64,000 nt of DNA, taken from NCBI GenBank assembly GCA_951406725.2, contig OX597820.1, positions 55,738,001 to 55,802,000 of the forward strand, in the 5' to 3' direction. This stretch comes from Octopus vulgaris. Lineage: Eukaryota. Below, piece by piece: positions 29,024-43,800 of this stretch (positions are counted from its first letter, which is position 1; every line of letters begins with the position of its first letter). The notes under the pieces were generated by a model that was not told the origin of the DNA, ran no database searches, and saw only the letters and a program-made list of their open reading frames with translations. A program made the position numbers and the translations under genes.

Positions 29024-29922
29024 TGATGAAAATTCTCAGCTTATTTTGCTGGGTATGATGGAAAGTGTCAGTTGTTCACAGCCAGCAGTCTAAGGTGACA
29101 TTTATTTACTGGTCATGCTTCAAGAGCCCTATGAAGAATTCTTGCAGTTCCAAGCAATGTTGATTTTTGTAGGTGTTCTACCTTCACACTTGTACCAATC
29201 TTTTTTGGTCCCGTTGGTAGTTGAGTGCTGATACTTCCAAGTGCACCAATTACTATTGGTATCACGTCTAATCTCTTCATTGACAACAACCTTCATATTT
29301 CTCACTCCAAATCATCATAGTTGTTTATTTTTTCTTTCTTTAAAGTTGATCCTGTTGTCACCAGGGCATGTTATGTCGATTATCATACATGTTCTTTCTT
29401 TTTTATTCACATCAATGTCCAGTTTCTGATGTCTGGTCTGGTGATTGCACTGGATCATTACATCTCACAGGATTTTGCAATTCTCATTTTCGGTGACTCC
29501 TTCTGCAGTTTCCTCATACCATGCCTTGGCTCTTTGTAGGCCATGATTTCCACAAAACTCCCAATGGATCATTCTTGTCACATTGTCATGGTGGTTTTTT
29601 GTATTTGCATTGTACCAGTTTCAGGCATTTGCTAACGATGTGCCATACCGTTTGACCCCTCTCACCACACATTCTGCATTTGTCACTGTTGGTAGTGTTG
29701 TCTATTCTGCACTTCATATAGTTGGTCCTTAATGCTTGTTCATGAGCTGCACATATGAGTACTTGTTTCTTTATCTTCAGGTCACTCCTCCTCATCCATA
29801 GCTACTGGTCCTCTGCATTTGTCTTAATGTTCACATCTCTTGCAAACTGACCGTTCCTTTTTCTTTTCCTTCTATGCTTTTTCTTTTTTGTTCATTTCTT
29901 GTTTAAATTTTTTTTCTGTTCA

Positions 29923-29976
<54 letters not shown>

Positions 29977-32900
29977 TGTACTCAAAACAGATTAGACAGC
30001 AAATAATCTTACATGACAAGAACCCTCCTAAATATCCTACCTGTCCCTAATAACACTGTTTTCTGAACTGTACTAAACTGGGTTTTATGCCTATTTCCTC
30101 TCTCCATCTGTTCAAATCTTTAGGGATAGTTTCTAATGTACCTATAACTGCTGGGATACATTTTACCTGCACTTTCCACAGTCTCTGTAACTCTATGGCT
30201 AGGTCCTGATACTTTGCTAATTTCTCTATACCTCTCGTATTGATTTTCTCATCATTTGGGTCTGTAAAGTCAATTATCTGGCACTTTCTATTCTCTTTAC
30301 CTACTACTAAATATTCCATGTAATGTTGATTTTTGTAAGTGTTCTACCTTTACATTTGTACCAATCTTATTCAGCCATATTAATAGTTGAGTGCTGATAC
30401 TTCCAAGTGCACCAATTACTAATTGTATCATATCCACTCTCTTCATTGCCCACAACCTTCTTCTTCTTCTTCTTCTTCTTCTTCTTCTTCTTCTTCTTCT
30501 TCTTCTTCTTCTTCTTCTTCTTCTTCTTCTTCTTCTTCTTCTTCTTCTTCTTCTTCTTCTTCTTCTTCTTCTTCTTCTTCTTCTTTTTCTTCTTCTTCTT
30601 CTTCTTCTTCTTCTTCTTCTTCTTCTTCTTCTTCAGCAACAATAACATATTGCCAAAGAATGTGTATTTTTACACATATTTGTGTTACGTTCCAAGAGAT
30701 AACAATCATTAATTCTCCCCAGGCCTCCATTATTCAACTCTGGTTAGGTCTTTTATATACAAAAAAAAAATTGTTTTGTTTTGTACTTGTTGAAATATGA
30801 AATTTATTTAGCAAGTGAGAAATGTTAACCTTCCCTTCCAAACAATAACAGATGTTATCATCAATCATCTTTAGCCTGTCTGGCCATGGTTGGATCTGCA
30901 ATAGAGAATTTCAAAACTATTCATTTTTCATATCATATGATCTGATTTCACCAATTCTCTTTCACACAGTTACCCCTAGCAAAAGCACACAGCACATTCT
31001 TGCCCAACTCTCATCATCCTTTCAAGTTATACATTTATATCTACAGAGAACAGTTACCTCTTCAACATATTTCAGCTGATGATACCTTTAACTCTTTATG
31101 GGGTCGATAAATAAAGTACAAGTTTTGCACTGGGGTCGATGTAATTGACTTGATCCCTTTGTCTGTCCTTGTTTGTCCCCTCTATGTTTAGCTCTTTGTG
31201 GGCAGTAAAGAAAAATAGATACCTTTAACTCTTTAGCATTTAGATTTCTTTGTCAAATCATCATTTAATATCTGTTGTCTATGCTGGCATGAGTTGGAGG
31301 TTTTGACCAGGTCTGGTAAGCTGAGGGGTTGCATCAGGCTCCAGTCTGATTTGGCATGGTTTCTGTGGCTTGATACCCTTCCTAACACCAACCACTCTGA
31401 GAGTGTAAGCTTATTTATGTATACTTATCCATGTAATACTTATTTATTCACATTGATGTGAATTAGCTGTACCTTACCATGTAACTTTGAGATTTCAATG
31501 ATGTGTTTGTTTACTTTTAGAATAATATTGTAGTGTAAATGTGAGAGGCCAGATCTGGCCAGTCTGAAGATAAAACAGGTAGATTATTGTGTCCAGATAT
31601 GGCCGATTTAAATGATAAAGGGTTAATAACCAACCCCTCAGCTTGCGTGTGTTCTGCTTCTCATGCAAGTCAACATTACTTACTCAATGGATCACACTCA
31701 CCATATTTTTAGCCAGTCTCAGCAGATTTTCCTTGGTCAGTGCCTATGTTTCATCATCATACCTTTCTACACATACTTCATGAAGTCTACTTTTGAATTA
31801 AGAGGGGAAACTTTCTCAACATCAGGGGCAACAACTCTCTTAATTTCTTTCACCTTTTTGCACAGTAGCCAATTTACATTGCAACCAAGTCTTGAGCTAA
31901 TAAACACAAACTAATTCCTATATCTAGCTAGATGTCTGAGCAAATTCTTTACTTCATTTCATAGGTACTTCTATTTTTAAGAATACTTGTAAAATTGATT
32001 CTCTATATTTCGTTTTTGCATTTGGTTTGCAAGATTGTTTATATGAGTTTGTGTGATGAAGCATATTCTGTTGTGTCTGGGGAAAGTCGTTTTCTTTTTG
32101 TGCCTTCTATAAGCTTATTAGAGATCTCACTGTGTTTTTTGTCATTGTTGTTGATGTTGTTTAGCTCCTGTTGAACTGTGAATGAACAGACATATGATCA
32201 AAGACATTGCAGCCTAGACTATCCCACATTTTATCTAGGACTACCTTATCTGATGTGAGCTTCTTTTTCAAGATGGTAAGGTATGATTTGTGGGAGAGTT
32301 GACTACAACTTCTAGCAGATCAAACAACCATATAGCAGCTCCCTTGTGGGCTCTTTCACTGAGTATGCTATACCTGGTTCCTGTTCACTCCCTTCCTACA
32401 ACTATGACACTGGAATTTCATATTCCCTCTTATTAACAAACACTTTAACTTTTGTCATGATGACCTTTAGTTCATTGGCCCATAGATATGTAACACCTGC
32501 AACCTTCACACATATGTACATACATATGTACATAAGTATATATATCTCATATACATACATATATCATATCCATACATCATATTGTTTATAAATAACATGC
32601 TGTATTTTCTGGCATATAAATCAATATAGTATTTAGTGTAAGTATTCAAATATTGTCACTATCTTTCCAAATCCTGTTCTATTTCACATGAAATTTTTGG
32701 TCCTCCAAAGTTGTCTTGGTATATAAGTTGACCTACCTCGTTTTGGATATAAATTTTGGCCTGAAAAATTCAACTTGTATGCCAGAAAATATGGTCATAC
32801 GTATGGACATCAATACTTATTAATAGGCATTAATGTTTCACTGTACTTTTGCATGTCTCTGGTTTCTATAACATTAAGTAATGCAAATAAAATCTCCAAG

Positions 32901-35320
32901 TTGAACAGCAGACGAATGCAAATCACTTTACTTGCTGTTAGAAATGAGCTTAAAAGTCCAAACCAATAATTCATTCAGTGATTAATAGTGCTGCTCTGAA
33001 TTAATTATAAGCATAATTTAGCTAAATGAACCATGTCAGTGTGATACAACATGACCATAGCTACAATTCAGTTTTGATAACAAGATAAGAATTGCTATTA
33101 TCTTGGCTGTATGAAAACTGTATTTGCTTGCTTATCACAAAGTTCTCGCTTAGATTATACATTTTCCTTTCAAATATATTTTGATAAGGTGTAGTAAAGA
33201 ATTTTAATTTTACACACACACGCACGCACACACACACACACGTTGTCTATACATATAATTTCACATGACTAGGAGTAAACCACTCATTGACTCCAGGAAG
33301 ATGTTTGATAGGATACCACATTCAGTAATTTAGTAATCACTAAGGAAACTAGGTATAAATGAGTGGCTTGTGAGAGCTATATGAGATATCTACAAAGATG
33401 GTGAGTCAACAGCAATTTCAGTAACAAATTTAGCATGAAGGTAGGAGTCCATCAAGGCTCAGTTCTCAGTCCTCTCCTTTCATTGCAGGCCTACTGGCCA
33501 TCATAGAGGTGTTTAAAACTGGCTGTCCATGGGAACTCCTATATACTGACAATTTAGTTTGCATATCTGCATCTATTGTACAATTAGATGGGAAATTCTA
33601 GGTATGGAAGCTCAGCCTAGAATTGAAAGGCCTTAAGATAAACTGAGCAAAGACTAAGGTTTCAGTAAGTAGGAAAGAAAAGACTTGTGTATCTTTAGGG
33701 AAATGCTTTGCTTGATATGCAAAAGAGAAGGTATAAACTCTATATGCTGTTGCCAATGTAAGCCATCGACTCCCAAGATGGGTAGTGTAATCACAAGCCT
33801 ACTAACAGAGAAAGTAGGGGGCATGCATGACAGATTCACTGGAACAGTATAAGCAGTAATCACAACAGAAATAGATTCTCTGAAGTCCCCAGATGACTCA
33901 CTAGAAATAGTTGACAGCTTTTCTTATCTAGGATCTGTAATTAGCAGAGCAGGTGGTTTCTCTGAAAGTATAGTGAGTGGTGTAAGAATGGGTTGGGAGA
34001 AGTTCAGGAAGCTACTATTGCTACTCACAAGAAAAACCTACTCCTTTAGAGAAAAATGTAGATTGTATAATGCTTGTGTTACAACTGCAATGACGCATGG
34101 TAGGGAGACATAGACCTCGAATGCAGAGGACTTGAAAAGACTGGTAAGGAAATGAAGTTAGGACACTGTTGGATGTGCAGTGTAAGAATGACAAAATGCA
34201 GGTGTGTTAAGAGTAAAATTGGTCATAAGAGAAATCAGATATTGTGTGGAAGAAAGAAGACTGCACTGGTATGGACATGTGTTGCATATGGATGAGGTCA
34301 GCTGTATAAAGATAGTGCTGAGGGAGTTTGCAGAAGAAAGAGACCTATGAAACATGGAATGAATTTTTGAAGGCTGTCCTTGAACCTCATGGAGGAAGTG
34401 ACAAAGGACTTGGATGACTTGCAGTATGTGGTTCTTGAGAAACTTGCTCATCTCTGCAAAATAGATTCTGGAAGCATATTCAAATTACATCATAGCTCAC
34501 TTCGACTTGTCAATCATTTGACGCTTAAATTGATCCTAGAAATTTTTCAGCCACTCCTGTCCCCTACAAAAATTAGTTTTGTACTTAATTAAAAGGATTC
34601 ATCAATATATTGATTTAATCTTCATAATTCAAGCTAATCCTTGCCTGAATCACAGGAATAAATAAGGATTGTTCTTAGACATGATTAGTGTTAGTAACAT
34701 GTAACACACTGCTGAGAATTTTATTGTTTGACTAGTACCCACCTCAAGGTGAAAGACATAAGTCTGTGTTGGTAACAAACGACATACTGTTGACTTCTTG
34801 AATGTTTGACGAATATCCTATTGACAAAGATTTAAATCAGTGTTGGAACAAATATTGTACAGCTGATTCCTGGAGTTTTGGGCCATTACTCTATGAACAC
34901 AGACATAAGTTAGTTTTGTAACAGATTACATACAGTTGATTGTGTGAATATTTGACCAGCACTCTAATTTCCAAAACTAATCTACGCTTTATTTATTTAA
35001 GCTGAAAGAAACGTTGAATTAGATCTTATTTGTTAAGTATTCTTTTAATTAATCAATTACTTTAATCAATTAACAATGGTAATTTATGTTGTTTTTTATC
35101 TGCTAGACAATGGTGCCTACTTAAATGAGATGAACCAGGGGGAGAGCAACTATGAGCTTAATGATGTTGGATCATCCCAGTTTTCACCCTCACCGGCAGA
35201 CAGTTTCACAGAACAGTTGATCCAGAACCTTCCCAGCAACAGACTCAGTAAGGAGACATTGATTTCGTTTTTATTGTTCTTATTTATTTACAGATGTATC
35301 TACATGCACACACACACACA

Positions 35321-35352
<32 letters not shown>

Positions 35353-36639
35353 TCACACACACACACACATCCACACACACCTTTAATGCATACAGCTAAG
35401 TTCAAATGTATACATACATACAACACTTATGCACAGTTTCAAATGTGTGCACATACAGCTTCACATACACACCCAAAGCTTTACATGTGTACACAGACAC
35501 ACACACACACACACACACAAATATGCAGACACACATACACACACACACACACATAAATTTTCACAAATATGCATGCACACACACACACACATAAATTTTC
35601 ACATGTACACATTCACATACACACATGATGTTCAGCTTCAAATGCATATACACACATATACAAGTGCATGTGTGTGCAAGCACAGACACAAAGACATACA
35701 CACATACAAATTTTTCCATAGTCACATTCTCACAACTACGCATGCATATGCAGACACACACATCCACAGCTTCACAAGCATGCAACACACACACACACAC
35801 ATTCAGGTATGGGTGCACACATTCATGTTCACTTTCAAAAGCTCATATATACAAAGAGAAACACTCAGAAGTTATTATTACTTGGAATCCAAAGACCAAG
35901 TCTTTGCTAAGACCATGCCACTAATGATAAAAATGATGACACAATTTTAAAACTGGGGTTTGATTATTATTGTTGCTGTTTAGTCTCAGATTAAAACTGA
36001 TCAAGCAGGCCTGTGGTCACTAATGCAGTTTAACCTTCACCATCTCATTTTATGTTCAGACACTGTGTACCTAGGACTACATTATTAAATGTCTCCAGTT
36101 CAATAATATAGTAGGTGTTATTAAAGATTTGATTGGTTTTTCTAGCAGGTCAAGTGGCTGCTTATAGCTTCCCTTGTTAACCTGCAAATGGCTTATTATT
36201 GCAATAGTACTGTGGAGTAGAAATAAATTGTTCTGAGTTAAAACCTCTACACGGTGGCTTAACCTACAAGAAATAGTGGTCGTGTGTGTGTGTGTGTTTG
36301 TGTATTCTCTTATTTGTTTCAGTTATTTAACTGTGGCCATGCTGGAGCACTGCCTTTTAGTAAAAGGAATTGACCCCAGGACTTATTCTTTGTAAGCCTG
36401 ATACTTTTTTTTATCAGTCTCTTTTGCTGAGCTGCTAAGTTACAGGGAAGTAAACACACCAATATTGGTTGTCAAGTGGTTGTGTGGTAAGTAGCTTGCT
36501 TACCAACCACATGGTTCCGGGTTCAGGGTCACTGTGTGGCACCCTGGGCAAGTGTCTTCTACTATAACCTCGGGCTGACCAAAGCCTTGTGAGTAGATTT
36601 GGTAGACGGAAACTGAAAGAAGCTCGTCGTATATATGTG

Positions 36640-36688
<49 letters not shown>

Positions 36689-37008
36689 TTTATTTAAAGG
36701 CAGCAGAAATTCAACAAAACCTGATACTCAGAGTTTCACATTCCTGTTTGTCAGACAGTTTTGTTAAAATATATATATATATAATGTGTGTGCATGTATT
36801 TGTGCATTTGTGCTTGTCCCTCCAACATCGCTTGACAACTGATGGTGGTGTGTTTACGTCCCCGTAACTTAGCAGTTCAGCAAAAAGAGACCGTTAGAAT
36901 AAGTACTAAGCTTACAAAGAATAAGTCCTGGGGTTGATTTTCTCGACTAAAAAGGCAGTGCTCCAGCATGGCTGCAGTCAAATGACTGAAACAAGTAAAA
37001 GAATAAAA

Positions 37009-37045
<37 letters not shown>

Positions 37046-37782
37046 AATAAGAAAATGGAGGAACAGATTCATTTCAATCATCGACTTACAGATATTACCA
37101 ATTCATATTATTTATTAACTACATATATAGGAATATCCAAATCCAACAAAACAAAACAATATACATCAATATGTAAGATAATAATACCATAAGAATAATA
37201 CACATAAAATGGATCTTACAGCTGTTTCAGCCTGTAGATAAAGGTTTTGTATCCACAAAGCCAAAGCCTAGTGGACAGCTCATCAGACTTTATACAACGA
37301 CAAAAAATTTTAACTTTCCGTGTCGCAGACGTGAGGAAACACTCAGAAATCGAGATTTAATTCTTAACATATAAAACCATTATTGAAGATGGGTTGTTTC
37401 CTCTGAAACAGAGGATCAAATAACTCTTATAGCCCTGCAAAGCCTAACCAGCAAACAGGGTGATCCAGTTTTCTAGTTGGTAGTGCTTCAAGTGGACACA
37501 TTTAGAGAAAAGCTCTTTATAACTATTATAATGCGCCAGGTTTAGTATATAGTCCTTAAAAATTTTGGCTCTTTCCAAGATCCAGATTTTGCAACAGCCA
37601 CTCCAATTAATATATGGGCCTGGATGATCTATTATTTTCCACTTGATATCACATGGGGTCCCTTGATCTTTGAGGTGCTACACATGAAGGATGACTGGTG
37701 GTTGCAGAAGTGATGTTTGGAATATGTACTGGTTGATCTGATATATTTACAAATTTGGGATGTGGCTATATTCCTCGTATAT

Positions 37783-37814
<32 letters not shown>

Positions 37815-40800
37815 CACGATGGGCTTCTTTTCAATTTCCATCTACCAAATCCACTCACAAGGCTTTGGTTGGCCTGAGGCTATACTAGAAGACACATGCC
37901 TAAGTGCCCAAGGTAATGCACAATGGGACTGAACCTGGAACCATGTGGTTGGGAAGCAAGCTTTTTACCATACAGCTATGCCTGCACCTGTGTGTGTTTA
38001 TATATATATATATACATGTGCGTGTGTGTGTGTGTTTAAGCAGGGTATTTGGGCTAAATTTGACAGTTTGCATAAAAGGAGAAGAAAACACAATATCCCA
38101 CCCAAAAATGAAAGCCTTTTATAAAATCAAAAAAATCAAGATTATAGTTGGGAGATAACAGTTTATTCAAAGTAGTTGCCCTTACCTTCCACTATGGCCT
38201 CAAGGTGCCACGGAAACCTGGCATGTGTTCCTGAGAAAATCTATGAATACCTCCTTGATCTTGGTCACCAGCTTGGTCTTGGTGTCTTTCTCAACTATGC
38301 CTCATAGATAGTAATCCATAGGATTACAATCAGAGGAATTAGGAGGCCAAAAAATCAGGACTGGTAAAGTTGTAGAAATTCTCCAACAACCACTTCTGAC
38401 TGTTTCTAGGAGCCAAATGTCAGGAAGCCAAATGTCAAGGAGCCAAATGTCAAGGAGCCAAATCCTGTTGCTATGCATATGGCCTTCTAGCAGCAACCCT
38501 CTCCAGCCAAGGTTTGATCACAGTCTCCAGATGCTTCACAGCCATCTGATTTGCCATCTGTCTATGCTTCACATAGCCATCTGAATAGCCATCTGCCTAA
38601 GGTATTGTCCTGTATTTACTGGATGAATTCCCATGTACAGACACAGTCAGAGTGGCTGCTGTGTCCCTTCATGCAGGCCACAGCTTCAGTCACCATAGCA
38701 GCTGTCCATATCACATCTTACAGCATTTCAAAGAGCATTGAACAGTAGTCATGTTGTTGACATTTTGATACCTGGTGCTAATCATCATGATACAGGTAAC
38801 TCTTTTCCAATATTCAGATGGCTTCCCGTCCTCCATGACAGCTAGCTTTTTCTCAACTACAACTTTAATTTTTATGCTCTCCAATGCCATGGACTTTTCA
38901 CCAATACATCAAGCTATTCCTGGAAAAAAAACCCCCAAAAACTATCAAAATTTGCCTGAAAATCCTGTATACACACCCATACATACTAGCACACACACAC
39001 ACATGTTTATAGATTCATGCATATACATACATTCATGCATACATGTGCAGATTTGTAAATGCATACATGTGAGTATAGATGTATATACATACATGCATAC
39101 ATTATACATGTGTATGTGTGTGTCTGTATGTGTTGAAAATAATCAACTTGGAGGGATTGAAGCCTTTATCATTTAAAGTGGCCACATGCAGCCCAAATAT
39201 TCTATCTGTTGTATGTTCAAACCAGCCACATCCAGCTTCTCACACCTACCCAAAATTGTCATTCTAAAAATAAAGTCAAAATAGTTGAAATATCAAGACT
39301 GCAAGATAATGCATGATTAATTTAAAACAATGTGAATAAATTAGCATTACATTTGACAAAATAATCTAGATGCTAAATGGTTAATAAACTAACTTTCATT
39401 ATATTTAAATTGCTGTTTGGAATATAAATTAACAAAAGACTCTGACATAAAAATTATGATAGATGGTTTTAACCCTTTTCCTGATCTGTGTATCACATAT
39501 AATACATAGGACATATTACCCTGGTATCCATGCATCATTTGATACACACGTTTCACTGCCATATAATAACATTGATTCAACAGTTACAATGAACAGCTTG
39601 GTTTTGATTTGCCTGGGCAATTTGGAGTTCCAGATTTTTAGTTTGTGACAGGCTATTCATGCCTTCCTGATCTTGATGTCTGCTTCTGAATTGCTCACCC
39701 AAGAAATTATCAAATGGGCTAAATGGAAGATATACAAGAATGCTATGAATGGCCCTAAATGTGAAATGGCAGCAACTCATAACAAATGAATGCCTTTATG
39801 GAAACCTGCCAAAAGTTAGCAAGAAGATTGGGCAAAGACAGCTGCAACTATCTGGTCACTATGTGTGCCACCCTGAAGTGGAAGCATCCAAATTAGTTTT
39901 GTGGAACCCACTTAATGGTGATGTAAGAAGAAGAAAATGTTGTCACACTTAAGACAACTTGATTGCAGACACTGGCCTGGTATGTATCCAGGTCCTTGAA
40001 GTAGTGATGATGGACTGAGAAATGAGGCAGCCAGACTATATTGCTGCTGCACAGGTTGGAACCAGGCCATAATAATAATAAATATGATGTACATTCCCAA
40101 TTTCATTCAGTTACCAGAGTAACTTGGGGACTTATGAAAGAAAAGCTTTATATTTCTCAGAACATCTTAAATAAGGCCTAACTACAAGTCTGAAAACAAG
40201 CTTGGATGTTTAGGACAAAATTATGCAAATAATTTGGACAGTCAAAGGGTTAATTTAAATTTGAATATTTCAAAATGAGTTGTTTGTATTGTGGGAACAA
40301 GTTAGTCCTTGATGGTTTGGTATTAAAAGAGTTAAACTCATATTCATAATGTCTTTGCAGCTTTGTCTACTAATTAAAAAAAATTTTTTTCTAGTGACTG
40401 AACTTACAAAAACAAAAGAGGGAACACTAAGATCCAGATCCAGATCAACAGGTAGCACTATGAGAAAACGAAAAACTTTCCGATCAAAATCTTTGATGTA
40501 TAAAACTGTGAGGATGCGACAAAAAGCAACCAGTGAGGACATTCTGCAGAAGTTAGAATCTGATGAACTAATAGACGATGGATACCTAACAAGTGATGGC
40601 AAAGAAGCATTAAACGCCATGCCAGTGAATCTAAGCAATAAGCGAGAAGTCATGTAAGATTGAGAACATTTTTTATTAATATGTTATTGGGATGAAGTGG
40701 TGAGAAAGGATCTTCAGACATTGAACCCCACAGAGGGGTTGACAGGGGACCAAGGTTTCTGAGTTTGCTGTGCTTGAGAAGACACATCAAGCTAAGTAAA

Positions 40801-43800
40801 TTCGAGGTTGTCCTTACATACAGGCATGTCCTTTGCATCCTTCTTCAGCTGAGCATTTCTAATCTTGTGGGCCTGCGGGTGCTGGTGTCACATAAAAAGT
40901 GCCCATACTGGTGCCATGTAAATGCACCCATGCAGGTGCTGCATAAGAGCAGTCAGTACATTCTGTTAAGTGGTTGGGGTTAGGAAGGTCATCCAGCCAT
41001 AGAAAGCATACCAAAACAGACATGGAACCTGGGCAGCTTTTCAGCTGGCCAGCTCCTTTTAAACCATCCAACCCATGCCAGCATGGAAAACAGATGTTAA
41101 ACGATGATGATGATGATAATTTTATTAATACATATGTATGAGTGAACAAAAAGATGTAGCACTCAACCTGAGGATCAGTATGTATATATGTGTGTGTGTG
41201 TGTACATTAATTTTTACCAACCACCTGCTTGGAAGCAAGGCTGTGAAGGAAAGCACCATGTTTTAGAAATATTACATTTCTAAATCTCTTACAGAGATTT
41301 ATAGAGTAGCAGCACGATAAAGTGGTGGTATGTTGTTCATCATCCTTTGAATCTTAAGAAGGTCTTGCAGATTTTTATTGTCCAAGATATTGTGATCATT
41401 TGTGCTGTATGAAGTAAGGGGTGACCTTCTCTCTCCAAAACAACAAGTTCAATTACACTTTGCTCTATGTGGGTTGGTACATCTGTATGTATAGCTGGAT
41501 GCATGTATGTAAGCCCACATGTATCCATCCATCCATCCATCCATCTATATATATCTGTCTCACTCTCTCTCTCTCTGTTCCGATAACCACTTGCTTTTCC
41601 AACACTCCCCCCTCCTCCATCACCCTACCCCATATAAACTAGTGCACACACTCAGATTCTGCTACTTCATTTTAATAACTTCTCCAAAAGAATACAAATC
41701 CAGAAGATGCTCTTCTCTAATTTTGCTATTTTGCGGTACACCTGCCCTCCAATTGCCACCACCTGTACTGGAAGTCACTATTCTCTGTCATTTTTTGGTC
41801 ATCTCCCATGAACACTTCTAAAGGCTTAATGCCGTCTCGCCCCTACTTGGGGTTTATCTCCTATGTAAGGTAGTGATCATATAGCGCATAAAAATGATGG
41901 TGTAGTGTATGCAGGCTGAAGGCTATTGTTTGTTTATGAATTCTGCCAAATGCGAGCTTTCTTTTCATGTACATGACACTGCTGTCCCCCATCCCAGGGC
42001 CTCATGGGCCCACACCTCCCACAACCTCAGGGTTGGCACACTCAACGTGGGCACTCTGAAAGGTAGATCTGGTGAGATTGTTGAGATGCTTGAACAGAGA
42101 CATGTAGAGTTGTGCTGCATCCAAGAAGTAAGGTGGAGAGGAGGTTCCGTTAGGTTCCTCACAGGCAAAGAACATAGGTACAAGATTTTCTGGGCAGGGA
42201 ACACTGATGAAGTCAGAGACATGGGTATACTTCTTGCAGAGAAATGGGTTGATAAAGTAATCAAGGTAGTCAGGGTCTGTGATAGAATATTTAAGATTAG
42301 ATTAGTGCTACATCATGGGCTAGCAACCACTATCCTGGCCTATACCTCGGGCTACCTGATGGATAGAAAGACAGATTTTATGACACCCTCCTGCAGACTA
42401 CCTTGTTGATGAATAACAGGGACCTTCTCTTTGTGGCTGGTGACTTCAATAGATATGTTGGACAACATGCAGGTGGTTTCCATGGCATACATGGAGGCTA
42501 TGGTTTTGGTTCCTGCAGTGAGGAGGGAACCAGGCTGCTGGAGTTCTGCAATGCAAATGATCTCATGGTTTGCAATACTAACTTCAGGAAACCTACCAGT
42601 CACCTAGTCACCTACCGATCAGGCTGACATACTAGGCAAATTGACTACATCCTCACCAGAAAAAGGGGAAGATGGCTGCTTATAAATGCCAAAACCTTCT
42701 CAGGCGAACAATGTACCCCACAACATAGACTAGTAGTTAGCAACTTCAGGATCAGGGCTAAATGGATGCTCAGAAGACCACCAGCATGGAGGAGAAGGAT
42801 CTGGAAGCTTAAACATCCTGCGAATGGACATAGATTTAGAGACGTATTACTTGAAGCTTTTGACGAAATAGAGTGAGATATAGCATCACATGATGCGGAA
42901 GACAACTGAAGGTTTCTACAGGGCAACCTGTTGAGGGCCACTGACCAGATCTGTGGATGGTGCAAAATCCCCTCTCGACCCAAGGTAATGTGATGGTGGA
43001 ACAATGTTGTTGACAGGACCATTAGGGAAAAGAAACAGGCTTGGAAGGATTGGAAGAACGGTGGTAGCAGGGAATTGTATCAGACTGCCAGAAGGGAATC
43101 TAAGAGACAGGTTTATTTAGCCAGAGGGAAGCAGATAAAAAAAAATGTTCTGTGCTGTGAGGACCAAAGACTGGAGGTGTTTCGTGTTGCAAGACAGTGT
43201 GTGAGAGAGAATTGTGATGTGGTAGGAGAGAAATGTGTTCACATGGATGATGGTTCACTTGCATTAAACGAGACTGCAAAGTTAGAGGTTTGGAGACGCC
43301 ACTATGAAAGGTTGCTAAATAAAGAGAATGAATGGGAGAAATAGAGTCTGCTGAATGCCGACCCAACAGAGGGACCAGCTATCCAAATTGACAGTACCTT
43401 GCTAGACAAAGCAATTAAGGGTATGAAGATGGGGAAAGCCCCCAAGCCATCAGGAATCATCGCAGAGATGCTCAAAATATCTGGCGGTGTCGGCTATAAC
43501 CTAGTCACCTGTATAGTTAACCAAGTGATACATGAAGGAGTCATACCCAATGACTGGTGTAGCAGCACCATAGTCAACTGCTACAAAGGTAAAGGTGACG
43601 CTTCAGATACAAATAATTACAGAGATATCAAGTTGTTGGATCAGGTAATGAAGGTAACAAAGAGGGTCATAGCCCAACTAATTAGGGAGAGAGTCAGTTT
43701 AGATGAGATGCAGTTTGGTTTCATGCCAGGGAAAAGCACCACTGATGCTATATTTCTCGTAAGACTGCTGCAGGAGAGATACCTAGCCAAAGATAAACCT

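Noticed and set aside
30367-30800. Poly-K/L/F/S/E ORFs
   Set aside because: Translations of the (TTC)n microsatellite.
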